This document shows, piece by piece, positions 20,873 to 31,242 of a stretch of 64,000 nucleotides of DNA. The DNA comes from Ascidiaceihabitans sp. Lineage in GTDB: Bacteria; Pseudomonadota; Alphaproteobacteria; Rhodobacterales; Rhodobacteraceae. The notes under the pieces are model-generated. The model made no database searches. It had not been told where the DNA came from and was given only the letters and a program-made list of their open reading frames with translations. Numbering within the stretch: position 1 is the stretch's first letter; each line of letters starts with the position of its first letter. Location: positions 5,663 to 69,662 of the forward strand of contig JBLHPE010000007.1 of assembly GCA_047624005.1 (NCBI GenBank). The letters run 5' to 3'. The translations under genes and the position numbers were made by a program.

Positions 20873-22387
20873 ATGATCACACGCGCATACACGGTCGCCT
20901 TCCAAGGCATTCAGGCCCGCCAGGTCGAAGTGCAATGCGCCGTCACCGCAGGCATGCCAGCCTTCTCAATTGTCGGATTACCTGACAAGGCGGTTTCCGA
21001 GGCGCGTGACCGCGTCCGCACGGCCTTAAGTGCAATGGCGATTGCCCTGCCGTCCAAACGCATCACCATCAATCTTTCCCCTGCTGATCTGCCAAAGGTC
21101 GGGTCACATTTCGATCTGCCCATCGCGGTTGCCTTGCTTTGCGCCCTCGAAATCATCCCCTCAGACATCGCAGAAAGCCACGTCGCTTTGGGCGAATTAT
21201 CCCTCGACGGCACATTGATCCCCGTGATCGGCGCACTGCCCGCAGCGATGGCCGCCAGTGAACAAGACCGTGGATTACTTTGCCCAAAGGCGTCGGGTGC
21301 CGAAGCCGCATGGGTGGGTAATGTCCAAGTGATTGCAGCCGAAACCCTTGGTGATGTCGTGCGCCACTTCACAGGACAATCCCCGATCCAACCCGCCCAG
21401 CCGGGTGAGGTAACACAACACGACAGTTCTAAGGACCTCACTGATGTCAAAGGCCAAGAACGGGCAAAACGTGCCCTCGAAGTTGCCGCTGCTGGGCGCC
21501 ATCATTTGATGATGGTCGGCACACCAGGGTCTGGAAAATCCATGCTTGCGGCCCGCCTGTCAGGTATCTTGCCACCGCTTTCGGCCAAAGAAGCCTTGGA
21601 AACTTCGATGATCCATTCGCTTGCAGGATTACTTGATGCAGGCGGCATCTCAAAGTCACGGCCCTTTCGTGAACCGCATCACACCGCTTCGATGGCCGCA
21701 ATCATCGGCGGCGGGCGCGGCGCAAAACCGGGGGAGGCATCGCTGGCTCACAATGGCGTCCTGTTCATGGATGAATTTCCTGAATTTTCACGTACCGTCC
21801 TAGAAACTTTGCGCCAACCGATTGAGACAGGCGAGGTGATGATCGCCCGCGCCAACGCACACGTGAAGTACCCTTGTAAATTCATGCTGGTGGCTGCCGC
21901 GAACCCCTGCAAATGCGGCTACCTCTCGGACGCCTCACGCGCATGTAGTCGGGCACCAAACTGCGGCGAGGATTATATGGGCCGCATCTCTGGCCCATTG
22001 ATGGATCGTTTTGATCTACGGGTCGATGTGCCGCCCGTCGCGTTCACCGATCTAGATTTGCCTAAGGACGGGGACAGTTCTGCAACGGTCCGCCAACGGG
22101 TTAGGGCTGCACGCGAAGTGCAACATGAACGATACGCGGATTTGCCTGATATGCGCAGCAATGCCGATGCAGCAGGTGAGGTTTTGACAGACATCGCAAC
22201 ACCAACGACCGAGGGGCGTGACCTTCTAAATCGCGCGGCGGAACAGTTCAAACTGTCAGCGCGCGGCTATCACCGCGTGCTTCGGGTCGCGCGAACAATT
22301 GCGGATCTCGACAATTCCGAAGACGTTCAACGACCACATATCGCCGAAGCTATCAGCTTTCGTCTGCCCAGCCAGCTCGACGGTTAA
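20873..22387 (+). CDS. comM: YifB/ComM Mg-chelatase-like AAA+ ATPase
   Basis: IVGLPD, NLSPADLPK, GTPGSGKS, FREPHH, LAHNGVLFMDE. Confidence 0.93.
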   Translation: MITRAYTVAFQGIQARQVEVQCAVTAGMPAFSIVGLPDKAVSEARDRVRTALSAMAIALPSKRITINLSPADLPKVGSHFDLPIAVALLCALEIIPSDIAESHVALGELSLDGTLIPVIGALPAAMAASEQDRGLLCPKASGAEAAWVGNVQVIAAETLGDVVRHFTGQSPIQPAQPGEVTQHDSSKDLTDVKGQERAKRALEVAAAGRHHLMMVGTPGSGKSMLAARLSGILPPLSAKEALETSMIHSLAGLLDAGGISKSRPFREPHHTASMAAIIGGGRGAKPGEASLAHNGVLFMDEFPEFSRTVLETLRQPIETGEVMIARANAHVKYPCKFMLVAAANPCKCGYLSDASRACSRAPNCGEDYMGRISGPLMDRFDLRVDVPPVAFTDLDLPKDGDSSATVRQRVRAAREVQHERYADLPDMRSNADAAGEVLTDIATPTTEGRDLLNRAAEQFKLSARGYHRVLRVARTIADLDNSEDVQRPHIAEAISFRLPSQLDG

Positions 22388-23267
22388 TCCAGCCTGCCAG
22401 CCCATCCAAGGTTGCGCGGGCTTCGGGCAGTATATGATGAAAGATCGGCCAGACGTGGGGCAAATCACGCTCGATGTGCATCTGAACATCTACGCCCTGT
22501 TTTTTCATATTTGCGCATAAGCGTCGGGTATCATCCAAGAGTATTTCCGTGTCACCGACAGTCAACCAGACAGGCGGCGCACCCGCGAAATCTGCAAACA
22601 ATGGGCTGACCAATGGGTCCATCGCGTCGTGCCCATCCAGATACATCTGTGCCATTTCCGCGGCACGTTCCGCTGGTAAAATAACATCTGCCGCTGCATT
22701 CGCCTGAAAACTTGCGCCGCTGTACGTCATGTCCGTCAGTGGTGAAAATGCAAAGACGCCAGCTGGCATATCTGCCTTATCCACAAGCAATTGCGCCAAC
22801 AATGCCAACGCTAAATTGCCCCCTGCGCTATCGCCACCAATGACAATCTGCGAGGCGGACATCCCTTGATCCAACAACCCATCGTAAACCGCACGGATCG
22901 TGTTCAAAGACTTAGGGAATACATCTTCAGGAGACAGCGGATAGACTGGTAAAACCGCCTCGCATCCAACACGTTTTGCCAGTTGCGCCAACATTGCCGA
23001 ATGCGTGTTTGGGCTGCCAAATACGTGACCACCACCGTGAATATACAAAACCACACGCTCTGGGTTCAACGCATCGCCGCCAATGCGCAACGCTTTTGTA
23101 CCACCCAGATCGAACCAATCCATCGTCGTTCCACGCGGGGCGTGAAAGAAGAATTTGGCTTTAAACTCAAATGCCTTGCGCAAGATCTCTGGACCCTTTG
23201 CGTTCGCCATATGACGCTTCTCGATCAGCTTTAGACTTGGGTTTAGTAGTTTTTGCTGCCAGCTCAT
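22353..23267 (-). CDS. Alpha/beta hydrolase (HSL family esterase)
   Basis: HGGG and GDSAGG motifs, HVW. Confidence 0.9.
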   Translation of the reverse strand: MSWQQKLLNPSLKLIEKRHMANAKGPEILRKAFEFKAKFFFHAPRGTTMDWFDLGGTKALRIGGDALNPERVVLYIHGGGHVFGSPNTHSAMLAQLAKRVGCEAVLPVYPLSPEDVFPKSLNTIRAVYDGLLDQGMSASQIVIGGDSAGGNLALALLAQLLVDKADMPAGVFAFSPLTDMTYSGASFQANAAADVILPAERAAEMAQMYLDGHDAMDPLVSPLFADFAGAPPVWLTVGDTEILLDDTRRLCANMKKQGVDVQMHIERDLPHVWPIFHHILPEARATLDGLAGWINRRAGWADES

Positions 23268-24199
23268 GCGCGTTTAGCTTCGATAGCATCCCAGATTTTG
23301 CCTGCTATGTTCACGCCATCAAAACGCTCAAGCTCTTGAATGCCAGTGGGAGAGGTGACGTTGATTTCAGTTAGGTAGTCGCCAATCACATCGATGCCAA
23401 CAAACACCTGACCCTTTTCTTTCAAAAGCGGACCAATCCGCGCACAAATCTCAAGATCGCGATCCGTCAGGCCAACCTTTTCAGGACGGCCACCAACGTG
23501 CATGTTTGAACGGGTCTCACCAGCCGCAGGCACACGGTTGATCGCGCCCACACATTCACCATCGACAAGGATCACGCGTTTGTCGCCCTTGGAAACCGCA
23601 GGCAGGAATTTTTGCACAATCAATGGTTCACGCGAAAACCCAGTGAACAACTCATACAGACTGCTTAGATTGCGGTCTTCTTTGGTCAGCAAGAAGACAC
23701 CAGCACCGCCATTACCGTACAGCGGTTTCACAATCACATCGCCGTGCTTGTCTTTGAACGCCTTGATTGTCTCAAGGTCACGGGACACAGTTGTCGGCGG
23801 GGTCAGGTCAGGGAAGTCCAAGACCATCAGCTTTTCAGGATAGTTACGGACCCAAAATGGGTCATTCACCACCAAAGTACCAGGGGCCAAACGATCCAGC
23901 AAATGGGTTGAGGTGATATAGTGCATGTCAAACGGCGGATCCTGACGCAGCCACACCACATCGAAATCGGCCAAATCAACTTCGCGCTTTGGGCCAAGTT
24001 CCACATGATCACCCTGCACACGTTTGACTGTGAAATCATAACCACGCGCGGTGATGCGTCCCTCTTGATAGGCCAATTGATCGGGACCGTAAAAGAACAA
24101 GGTATGCCCACGCGCTTGTGCTTCTTCTGCAAGGCGAAAGCTGCTGTCGGCGTTGATGTCTACATCACCGATTGGGTCCATTTGGAATGCGATTTTCAT
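23264..24199 (-). CDS. gshB: Glutathione synthetase
   Basis: [33 protein letters not shown]. Confidence 0.97.
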   Translation of the reverse strand: MKIAFQMDPIGDVDINADSSFRLAEEAQARGHTLFFYGPDQLAYQEGRITARGYDFTVKRVQGDHVELGPKREVDLADFDVVWLRQDPPFDMHYITSTHLLDRLAPGTLVVNDPFWVRNYPEKLMVLDFPDLTPPTTVSRDLETIKAFKDKHGDVIVKPLYGNGGAGVFLLTKEDRNLSSLYELFTGFSREPLIVQKFLPAVSKGDKRVILVDGECVGAINRVPAAGETRSNMHVGGRPEKVGLTDRDLEICARIGPLLKEKGQVFVGIDVIGDYLTEINVTSPTGIQELERFDGVNIAGKIWDAIEAKRA

Positions 24200-24259
24200 G
24201 TTAGCACCTTTAATATTGTTATCTATTAAATGGCGCAGCAAACCCCAAGGTGCAATGGG

Positions 24260-24643
24260 TCAGCCGTGTCCAAAGGCGTTTTCGATGACACGAACCTCGC
24301 CCCGACCATTCACAAGTGCGACATCAAACCGAACATCAGTCAGCGATCCGTTTGGCATTTGGCCCAGATATTCCTCGGCGCTCGCATAAAGACGCTTCAT
24401 CTGATGGGGGCTAACATGCTCCGCAGCTTGATCAAAATCGCGGCTTTGCTTCACCTCGACAAAGACCAAGCCAGCGCCATCCTCAGCAATCAGATCAATT
24501 TCGCCACCTTTACCGCGCCACCGTCGCGCAGCTATTGGAAATCCACGACGCTCATAATCAGCGCCAATCATATCCTCTGCAGACAGACCAGCATGATAGG
24601 CCATTGCCCCGCGATGACGCCGAACATCGCCCACATCAGCCAT
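24260..24643 (-). CDS. yraN: YraN family (UPF0102) protein
   Basis: GEIDLIA...FVEVK...RFDVA...IENAF. Confidence 0.9.
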   Translation of the reverse strand: MADVGDVRRHRGAMAYHAGLSAEDMIGADYERRGFPIAARRWRGKGGEIDLIAEDGAGLVFVEVKQSRDFDQAAEHVSPHQMKRLYASAEEYLGQMPNGSLTDVRFDVALVNGRGEVRVIENAFGHG

Positions 24644-24646
24644 CAG

Positions 24647-25501
24647 TTATTTTCCCAAATTGAGCGCCAATTGGTAAACTTGGCGACGTGGTTTTCCATG
24701 CGCTTGCGAAACCGCATCAACTGCATCGCGCATCGACATCGTTTCCAACGCCTCTTTCAAGACACTGTCTAAATCGACTTCGTTAACATTTTCCAAATCG
24801 CCACGATCGATCAAAAGTACGACTTCGCCCTTCACCGATCCTGTGCTGTAGGATTCGGCCAATTCAGCCAGTGTCCCACGACGCAGTTCCTCAAATTTCT
24901 TGGTTAACTCACGACATACGACGGCCTTGCGCGTTTCTCCCAACACTTCTGCCGCGTCTTTCAAGGTCGCCCCAATCCGCTTGGGTGATTCGTAAAACGC
25001 CAATGTTGCGCGAATCTCAGCCAGCCCCTCAAGCGCCCTGCGCCGCGCAGATGACGCATTCGGCAAGAATCCCGCAAAGTGAAATGCATCCGTTGGCAAA
25101 CCCGCTAATACCAGCGCTGTCAGCACCGCAGAAGGCCCAGGTGCGCAGGTTTGCATCACGTCTTGCGCGGCAGCCGCCCGTGACAATTCAAAACCTGGAT
25201 CAGCGATCAAAGGCATACCAGCTTCGGATGCATAGGCAACCGATTTACCCTGTTTCACAGCCGCCAGCAGCCCGTTCACCACCTTTTCACCCGAATGATC
25301 ATGCATCGCAATGATCCGCCGCCCATCCAATGGAACGCCGTGAATCTCCATCAATCTGCGCATACTGCGTGTGTCTTCGGCCGCCAAAACATCTGCCGAT
25401 GCCAACACATCCAAAGCGCGCAATGTGATGTCACGAGCCGTGCCTATTGGGACACCCACGAAATACAATCCGGGGGCAAGGGGAACCTTTTGGAAATTCA
25501 A
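24647..25501 (-). CDS. rsmI: 16S rRNA C1402 2'-O-methyltransferase
   Basis: PIGTARDITLRAL, EDTR, SEAGMPLIADPG, RELTKKFEE. Confidence 0.95.
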   Translation of the reverse strand: MNFQKVPLAPGLYFVGVPIGTARDITLRALDVLASADVLAAEDTRSMRRLMEIHGVPLDGRRIIAMHDHSGEKVVNGLLAAVKQGKSVAYASEAGMPLIADPGFELSRAAAAQDVMQTCAPGPSAVLTALVLAGLPTDAFHFAGFLPNASSARRRALEGLAEIRATLAFYESPKRIGATLKDAAEVLGETRKAVVCRELTKKFEELRRGTLAELAESYSTGSVKGEVVLLIDRGDLENVNEVDLDSVLKEALETMSMRDAVDAVSQAHGKPRRQVYQLALNLGK

Positions 25502-25587
25502 AGCTGGACCCGCCTTTCATGACGTTTATGATCGCACAAAACACGCGCTGCTAAACAAAGCGGCGCACTCAGGGAGTATCTGCACCA

Positions 25588-26784
25588 ATGTTCGCGCTTT
25601 TCCAATCCGCCCGCAAGTCATTGCGCACCTTTCGTTTGCCTATTTTGGCACCTATTTTTGCGATGACGCTGGCCGCGTGTGATCCAGCAGCGCTGGCAGG
25701 TCTTGGCAATTCAGGGCCAAAGGTCGACAGAAACGCTCCGATCCCTGTAGCCTTACTTTTGCCGCGTGGCTCTGGCTCTGCAAGCGACGATCTTTTGGCG
25801 CAAAGCCTTGAAAACGCAGCCCGCCTTGCCATTCGCGACCTTGGCGATGTAAAAATCGACCTTCGCGTTTACGGCACAGCTGGCAACGCTCAGACGGCAG
25901 CCACCCAAGCCGCTCAGGCCGTCAATGACGGTGCAAAAATTATCCTTGGTCCGGTTTATGCAGAAGCCGCAAATGCTGCGGCTGTTGCGATTGCTGGTAA
26001 GAATGTGAATATCTTGTCCTTCTCCAACAACCCGACCATCGCCGGCGGGAACGTTTTTGTATTGGGGCAAACCTTCCAAAACACTGCCAACCGCATGGTG
26101 TCCTATGCCAAATCGCAGGGTAAAGACCGTATTGTCATTGCCCATGCGCAGGATATCGCCGGACAATTGGGCCGCAATGCGGTGCAAGCAGCGATTGCAG
26201 CCAATGGTGCGACATTGGCGGGTACCGTTGATTATCCGCTGTCCCAACAAGGCGTTGTTGCAGCCATTCCAAAGATCAAAGCAGCCGTTGACAACGGGGG
26301 GGCAAACGCAGTCTTCATGACATCCCCTTCCGCATCAGCCCTGCCGCTTCTGACGCAGCTGTTGCCAGAAGCAGGTGTAAAACCAGATGTTACGCAATTC
26401 ATTGGCTTGACGCGCTGGGACCGCCCCGCAGCCACACTTGGTCTTCCTGGTGTGCAAGGGGGTTGGTTTGCATTGCCCGATCCTGCAACCACCAACGCAT
26501 TCCGCTCGCAATACGAAGCGGCTTTTGGCAAACGACCACATCCAATTGGCAGCCTTGCCTTTGACGGGATGGCCGCGATCGGCGCATTGGTTAAGAGTGG
26601 AAAATCAAATCCTCTATCGACGGCAGCCATTTCACAAGGCGCTGGCTTCAAAGGAGCCAATGGCATCTTCCGGTTCTTACCAGATGGAACAAACCAACGT
26701 GCCCTTGCTATTGCAACGATCCGCGACAAAAAAGTGGTCGTCATCGACAACGCGCCAACCGGCTTTAGCGGCGCCGGCTTCTAA
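25588..26784 (+). CDS. Penicillin-binding protein activator (LpoA/LppC-like lipoprotein)
   Basis: LAAC lipobox, VALLLP, ILGP, GIFRF; divergent from rsmI. Confidence 0.85.
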   Translation: MFALFQSARKSLRTFRLPILAPIFAMTLAACDPAALAGLGNSGPKVDRNAPIPVALLLPRGSGSASDDLLAQSLENAARLAIRDLGDVKIDLRVYGTAGNAQTAATQAAQAVNDGAKIILGPVYAEAANAAAVAIAGKNVNILSFSNNPTIAGGNVFVLGQTFQNTANRMVSYAKSQGKDRIVIAHAQDIAGQLGRNAVQAAIAANGATLAGTVDYPLSQQGVVAAIPKIKAAVDNGGANAVFMTSPSASALPLLTQLLPEAGVKPDVTQFIGLTRWDRPAATLGLPGVQGGWFALPDPATTNAFRSQYEAAFGKRPHPIGSLAFDGMAAIGALVKSGKSNPLSTAAISQGAGFKGANGIFRFLPDGTNQRALAIATIRDKKVVVIDNAPTGFSGAGF

Positions 26785-29564
26785 TGCCGCACGGCTATGG
26801 ACGGCCAAACAGGCCAAAGCCAAATAAACCGCTGATTTGCGAAACCGAAGCCATCTTCAATGAGGATGGCTTCCTTCTTGCCTTAAGCGAAGCGCGTAAA
26901 ACTGCGCCACCCACTGAGGTACGCACTCAGATGGTCGCGTGGCTGCGCGAGGCCCAAAAGACAGGGCGGGCCACAATCGCAAAGGCGTTTCAAGAAAAAC
27001 CATTTGCCGCGCGACCCATGACACGCGGGTATACTTACCTCACGGATCAGTTGGTCTGTGCCACACTACACATCGCCACGACCGTCCTACATCCAAATCC
27101 AAATCCGACGTCTGGCGAACGGTTGTCGGTCATTGCAGTCGGAGGATACGGGCGGGGCGAAATGGCCCCCGCATCGGATGTCGATCTGCTGTTCTTGACC
27201 CCTTACAAAGTCACGGCATGGGCTGAAAGCGTGATCGAATCCATGCTGTACATGCTTTGGGATCTCAAACTTAAAGTCGGGCATTCCACGCGGACAATTC
27301 AAGACTGTGTGCGGCTTGGGACCGAGGACTTTACGATCTGTACGGCCATGTTGGAACATCGATTTGTCGTCGGAGACAAGGAGCTGGGCCAAGAGCTGGA
27401 CACCACACTTTGGTCCGACTTGTTCAAACCCAGCATGGGGCGCGCCTTTACCCAAGCCAAACTTGAAGAACGTGACAAACGGCACGAACGCCAAGGGCAA
27501 CGCTATATGGTCGAGCCCAATGTAAAAGAAGGCAAAGGCGGGCTGCGCGACCTGCAATCGCTGTTCTGGATCGCCAAGTTCATCCACCAAGTGCAAGACA
27601 CCCCCGATCTGGTCGACAAAGACGTGTTCACCGCAGAGGAATTCAAGAGCTTCGTTGCCGCCGAAGATTTCCTTTGGGCCGTGCGGTCTCACCTGCATCT
27701 GATCACCAAACGGGCCACCGAACAGCTGTCATTTGATATGCAAGTCATGGTGGCCGACGCGATGGGTTACAAAGACACTGGCGGTCGGCGCGGGGTCGAG
27801 GTGTTCATGCAAGCCTACTTCCGGCACGCCACCGAAGTTGGGGATCTGACACGCATCTTTCTTACCAAACTTGAAGCTATGCATGTCAAAGACGAACCTC
27901 TGCTTGAACGCTGGTTTAAGCGGCGACGCAAAGTCAAAGACGGTTACGAGGTGATCCACAACAGGCTTGCCATTGTCGATGACACCGCCTTTCTGTCGGA
28001 CAAATTGAATCTATTGCGGTTGTTCGAAGAAGCCCTGCGGACGGGCATGTTAATTCATCCCGACGCAATGCGATTGGTCAAATCCAACCTCGGCCTGATC
28101 GACGATGACATGCGCACAACCCCTGAAGCCCAGCGCATCTTCATGGGGCTGATGCTGAAACACGGCAACCCCGAACGGGGACTGCGCCGGATGAACGAAT
28201 TGGGCATGCTTGGGGCCTTTATCCCCGAATTTGAAAACATCGTCGCGATGATGCAGTTCAACATGTACCACTCGTACACCGTGGACGAACACACCATCCA
28301 ATGCGTCACCAACCTTGCCCAAATTGAGCGCGGCGAACTGGTCGAGGACCTACCGTTGGCGTCGTCCATTCTTGAAAAAGGCGTGAACCGGAAAGTGCTT
28401 TTTGTGGCTATGTTGCTGCATGATATTGCCAAAGGTCGACCCGAAGATCACTCAATCTTGGGGGCTCAAATGGTCCGTAAAATCGCGCCGCGTTTGGGGT
28501 TAAAACCTGACGAGGTCGATACCGTTGAATGGCTGGTCCGCTATCACTTGCTGATGTCGGACATGGCGCAAAAACGCGACATCGCGGACCCCCGAACTGT
28601 GCGTGATTTTGCCAAGCTGGTGAAAACAGTCAAACGCCTTGATCTACTGTGCGTGTTGACGGTCTGTGACATTCGCGGCGTTGGCCCAAACACTTGGAAC
28701 AACTGGAAGGCAGTGCTGATCCGTGCGCTTTATGGCCAGACCCATGATGCCCTTGTGAACGGGCTTGAAGACTTGAACCGCGCCAACCGTGGGACCGAAG
28801 CGAAAAAAAACCTGCGCGAGAAGCTTACAGACTGGCCCCGCAAAGACTTACAAATCGAAACTGCGCGTCATTACGATCCCTATTGGCAAGGCATGCACGT
28901 AACTGCACATGTGGTATTTGCAGATCTTTTGCGCAACATGGTCGAAGATGACATTCGGATGGACTTACATCCCGATCTGGAACGTGACGCCACCCGCGCT
29001 TGTTTTGTTATGGCCGATCATCCCGGCATCTTTGCGCGGCTCACGGGTGCGCTGGCACTGGTCGGGGCCAATGTCGTTGATGCACGGAGTTACACCACCA
29101 AAGACGGTTACGTGGTTTATGCGTTTTGGATTCAAGATGCTGAAAGGCAACCGTTTGAGGCATCGCGTCTTCCCCGTCTGCGCGACATGATCGCTAAAAC
29201 ACTCAAGGGCGAAGTCGTTACCCGTGACGCCATCAAAGACCGCGATAAAGTTAAGAAACGCGAACGCGCGTTCAAGGTTCCAACGCACATCAGTTTTGAT
29301 AACGACGGTTCCGAAATTTACACAATCATCGAAGTCGACACACGCGACCGCGCAGGTCTTTTGCATGATCTGACCCGCACGCTTGCTTCCCTCAACGTCT
29401 ACATCGCCAACGCCGTGATCGCGACCTACGGGGAACAGGCGGTGGATACCTTTTATGTGAAAGACATGTTTGGTCTGAAATATCACTCAGAAAACAAACA
29501 AGCGACGCTCGAGAATAAACTGCGCGAAGCGATCAGCGAAGGCGCAAAACGCGCAAACGCATAA
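26784..29564 (+). CDS. glnD: PII uridylyltransferase / uridylyl-removing enzyme
   Basis: AVGGYGRGE..PASDVDL, KEGKGGLRD, HSYTVDEH, LLHDIAKG, two ACT domains. Confidence 0.97.
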   Translation: MPHGYGRPNRPKPNKPLICETEAIFNEDGFLLALSEARKTAPPTEVRTQMVAWLREAQKTGRATIAKAFQEKPFAARPMTRGYTYLTDQLVCATLHIATTVLHPNPNPTSGERLSVIAVGGYGRGEMAPASDVDLLFLTPYKVTAWAESVIESMLYMLWDLKLKVGHSTRTIQDCVRLGTEDFTICTAMLEHRFVVGDKELGQELDTTLWSDLFKPSMGRAFTQAKLEERDKRHERQGQRYMVEPNVKEGKGGLRDLQSLFWIAKFIHQVQDTPDLVDKDVFTAEEFKSFVAAEDFLWAVRSHLHLITKRATEQLSFDMQVMVADAMGYKDTGGRRGVEVFMQAYFRHATEVGDLTRIFLTKLEAMHVKDEPLLERWFKRRRKVKDGYEVIHNRLAIVDDTAFLSDKLNLLRLFEEALRTGMLIHPDAMRLVKSNLGLIDDDMRTTPEAQRIFMGLMLKHGNPERGLRRMNELGMLGAFIPEFENIVAMMQFNMYHSYTVDEHTIQCVTNLAQIERGELVEDLPLASSILEKGVNRKVLFVAMLLHDIAKGRPEDHSILGAQMVRKIAPRLGLKPDEVDTVEWLVRYHLLMSDMAQKRDIADPRTVRDFAKLVKTVKRLDLLCVLTVCDIRGVGPNTWNNWKAVLIRALYGQTHDALVNGLEDLNRANRGTEAKKNLREKLTDWPRKDLQIETARHYDPYWQGMHVTAHVVFADLLRNMVEDDIRMDLHPDLERDATRACFVMADHPGIFARLTGALALVGANVVDARSYTTKDGYVVYAFWIQDAERQPFEASRLPRLRDMIAKTLKGEVVTRDAIKDRDKVKKRERAFKVPTHISFDNDGSEIYTIIEVDTRDRAGLLHDLTRTLASLNVYIANAVIATYGEQAVDTFYVKDMFGLKYHSENKQATLENKLREAISEGAKRANA

Positions 29565-29666
29565 TCGCTGCATCCTAAACACTAAAATAACTGGCTCTGC
29601 TGGTTTTTCCCGCCTAGGGTATTAGAGGAAAACGCCTTCTCGTTGCCCAAAAGTGAGACCACAAAC

Positions 29667-30632
29667 ATGTCTAAACATGGTTATGATTCTGGACGCCTAG
29701 ACCTCCCTTTTGTCGGTATCTCGACATTCGGAAAACGCCCCTATGTATCGGATTGGTCCGCCATCGACGCCGACGTTGCAGTCCTTGGAGCACCCTATGA
29801 CTTTGGCACTCAGTTCCGCGCAGGTGCCCGCTTTGGCCCCCGTGCCGTACGCGAGGCTTCAACCCTCTTCAGCTTTGGCCACGGCGGGGCATACGACTTT
29901 GAAGACGACGCAACCTACCTTGGCGCAGACGTGCGGATCGTGGATTTGGGGGACGCGGATATTGTCCACACTGACACCACCAGAAGCCACGCCAACATCA
30001 AGACAGGCGTAAATGCCATGCTGGATGCGGGCGCGTTTCCTGTGGTGATTGGCGGCGACCATTCCATCAACATCCCTTGCATTGATGCATTTGAGGGACG
30101 CGGCGACATCCACATTCTACAGATCGACGCCCACCTCGATTTTGTCGATGAACGCCACGGTGTGCGCAACGGCCACGGCAACCCCATGCGCCGCGCGGCT
30201 GAAAAATCATATGTCACGGGGCTGACCCAAGTTGGCATCAGAAACGTCTCGTCCACCGCTAAAGAAGGCTACGCCGACGCCCGCGCAATGGGATCAGACA
30301 TCATATCAGTCCGCCAAATGCGCGCCCTCGGACCACAAGGCGTCATCGAACGTATTCCTAAAGATGCAAAGGTCTACGTCACTTTGGACATCGACGGCTT
30401 CTGCCCTTCCATTGCACCCGGAACAGGCACACCAAGCCATGGGGGTTTCCTGTATTACGAGGTCTTGGAAATGCTTCAGGCCGTGGCAAAGCGGAACGAT
30501 ATCGTAGGCATCGATCTGGTCGAGGTTGCGCCCGACTTTGATCACACAGGCGGCACCGCAATTCTAGCCGCGCAAATCCTGCTTAATTTCCTAGGGTTTG
30601 TTTTCCACGAACGGGCCATCCAAAAAGGATAG
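29667..30632 (+). CDS. speB: Agmatinase/ureohydrolase family protein
   Basis: GARFGP, GGDHS, DAHLD, DIDGFCP..APGTGTP, DLVEVAP. Exact substrate uncertain. Confidence 0.8.
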   Translation: MSKHGYDSGRLDLPFVGISTFGKRPYVSDWSAIDADVAVLGAPYDFGTQFRAGARFGPRAVREASTLFSFGHGGAYDFEDDATYLGADVRIVDLGDADIVHTDTTRSHANIKTGVNAMLDAGAFPVVIGGDHSINIPCIDAFEGRGDIHILQIDAHLDFVDERHGVRNGHGNPMRRAAEKSYVTGLTQVGIRNVSSTAKEGYADARAMGSDIISVRQMRALGPQGVIERIPKDAKVYVTLDIDGFCPSIAPGTGTPSHGGFLYYEVLEMLQAVAKRNDIVGIDLVEVAPDFDHTGGTAILAAQILLNFLGFVFHERAIQKG

Positions 30633-30710
30633 CCACCACTTCGTTCCACAAAAAATGCGACGCCCCAATACAAGGGCAGTCGCTTACTTTCTTGTCCGAA
30701 GATATAGACC

Positions 30711-31070
30711 TTAGACCATTTCGTCTTCAGGTTGATGCAGACCAACGACAACCAAAACCGTCGCACCGATGACCCAGTAATAAGCCGCGTCCAAACCAGA
30801 AAACCCAATCGCAAACGGCGCGATCAAGAACACAACGCCCACCATGCCATCGACAGCCAAATGCAGTGTATATGGCACCACGCGAAGCACACCCAAATGA
30901 TGATCCGTCAACAATGTCAGGCCCAATGCCGCAACACCCGTCAACAAGGACAACATAAAGGCGGAAGGATGGCTTGTCCCCAGACCTAGCAAAAACGGCA
31001 TGATGATAAGACCCAATGCGACTGGGTAATCAAGATAGGCGTGGAGTGTTTTGGTCATAAATCTTGGCAT
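30711..31070 (-). CDS. Small 4-TM membrane protein (SPW-repeat-like)
   Basis: Two similar halves (HAYLDY...PFLLG and HLAVDG...PFAIG). Start set at MPRFMTK. Confidence 0.75.
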   Translation of the reverse strand: MPRFMTKTLHAYLDYPVALGLIIMPFLLGLGTSHPSAFMLSLLTGVAALGLTLLTDHHLGVLRVVPYTLHLAVDGMVGVVFLIAPFAIGFSGLDAAYYWVIGATVLVVVGLHQPEDEMV

Positions 31071-31113
31071 CTGATCAGTCTTTCCATGAGAGTTAAAAAC
31101 AGGTCTTACAGTA

Positions 31114-31173
31114 CTTATATAATTAGGAACCAATCAGTTCAAAACACATCTACGTGAATAGGAACCAGTCAGT
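31114..31173 (-). promoter_or_regulatory. Sigma70-like promoter overlapped by duplicated operator-like sites
   Basis: Minus strand TTGAAC-N17-TATAAG. Direct repeat TAGGAACCA(A/G)TCAGT at 31124-31138 and 31159-31173. Confidence 0.6.
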
Positions 31174-31242
31174 CTAATAACTTCCTGCTTGCCTCGTCGA
31201 CAATCTCAGTCACTCTACCCCCAAGTAACTAAAGAGGTCCCA

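Noticed and set aside
20873-22387. comM as an integration site for a mobile element
   Set aside because: The ORF is intact, with no integrase or att-like duplication nearby.
29565-29666. Possible guanidine riboswitch upstream of the ureohydrolase (CTAGGGT seen)
   Set aside because: The remaining guanidine-I consensus and the ACGR twin hairpins of guanidine-II are absent, and the region is short.
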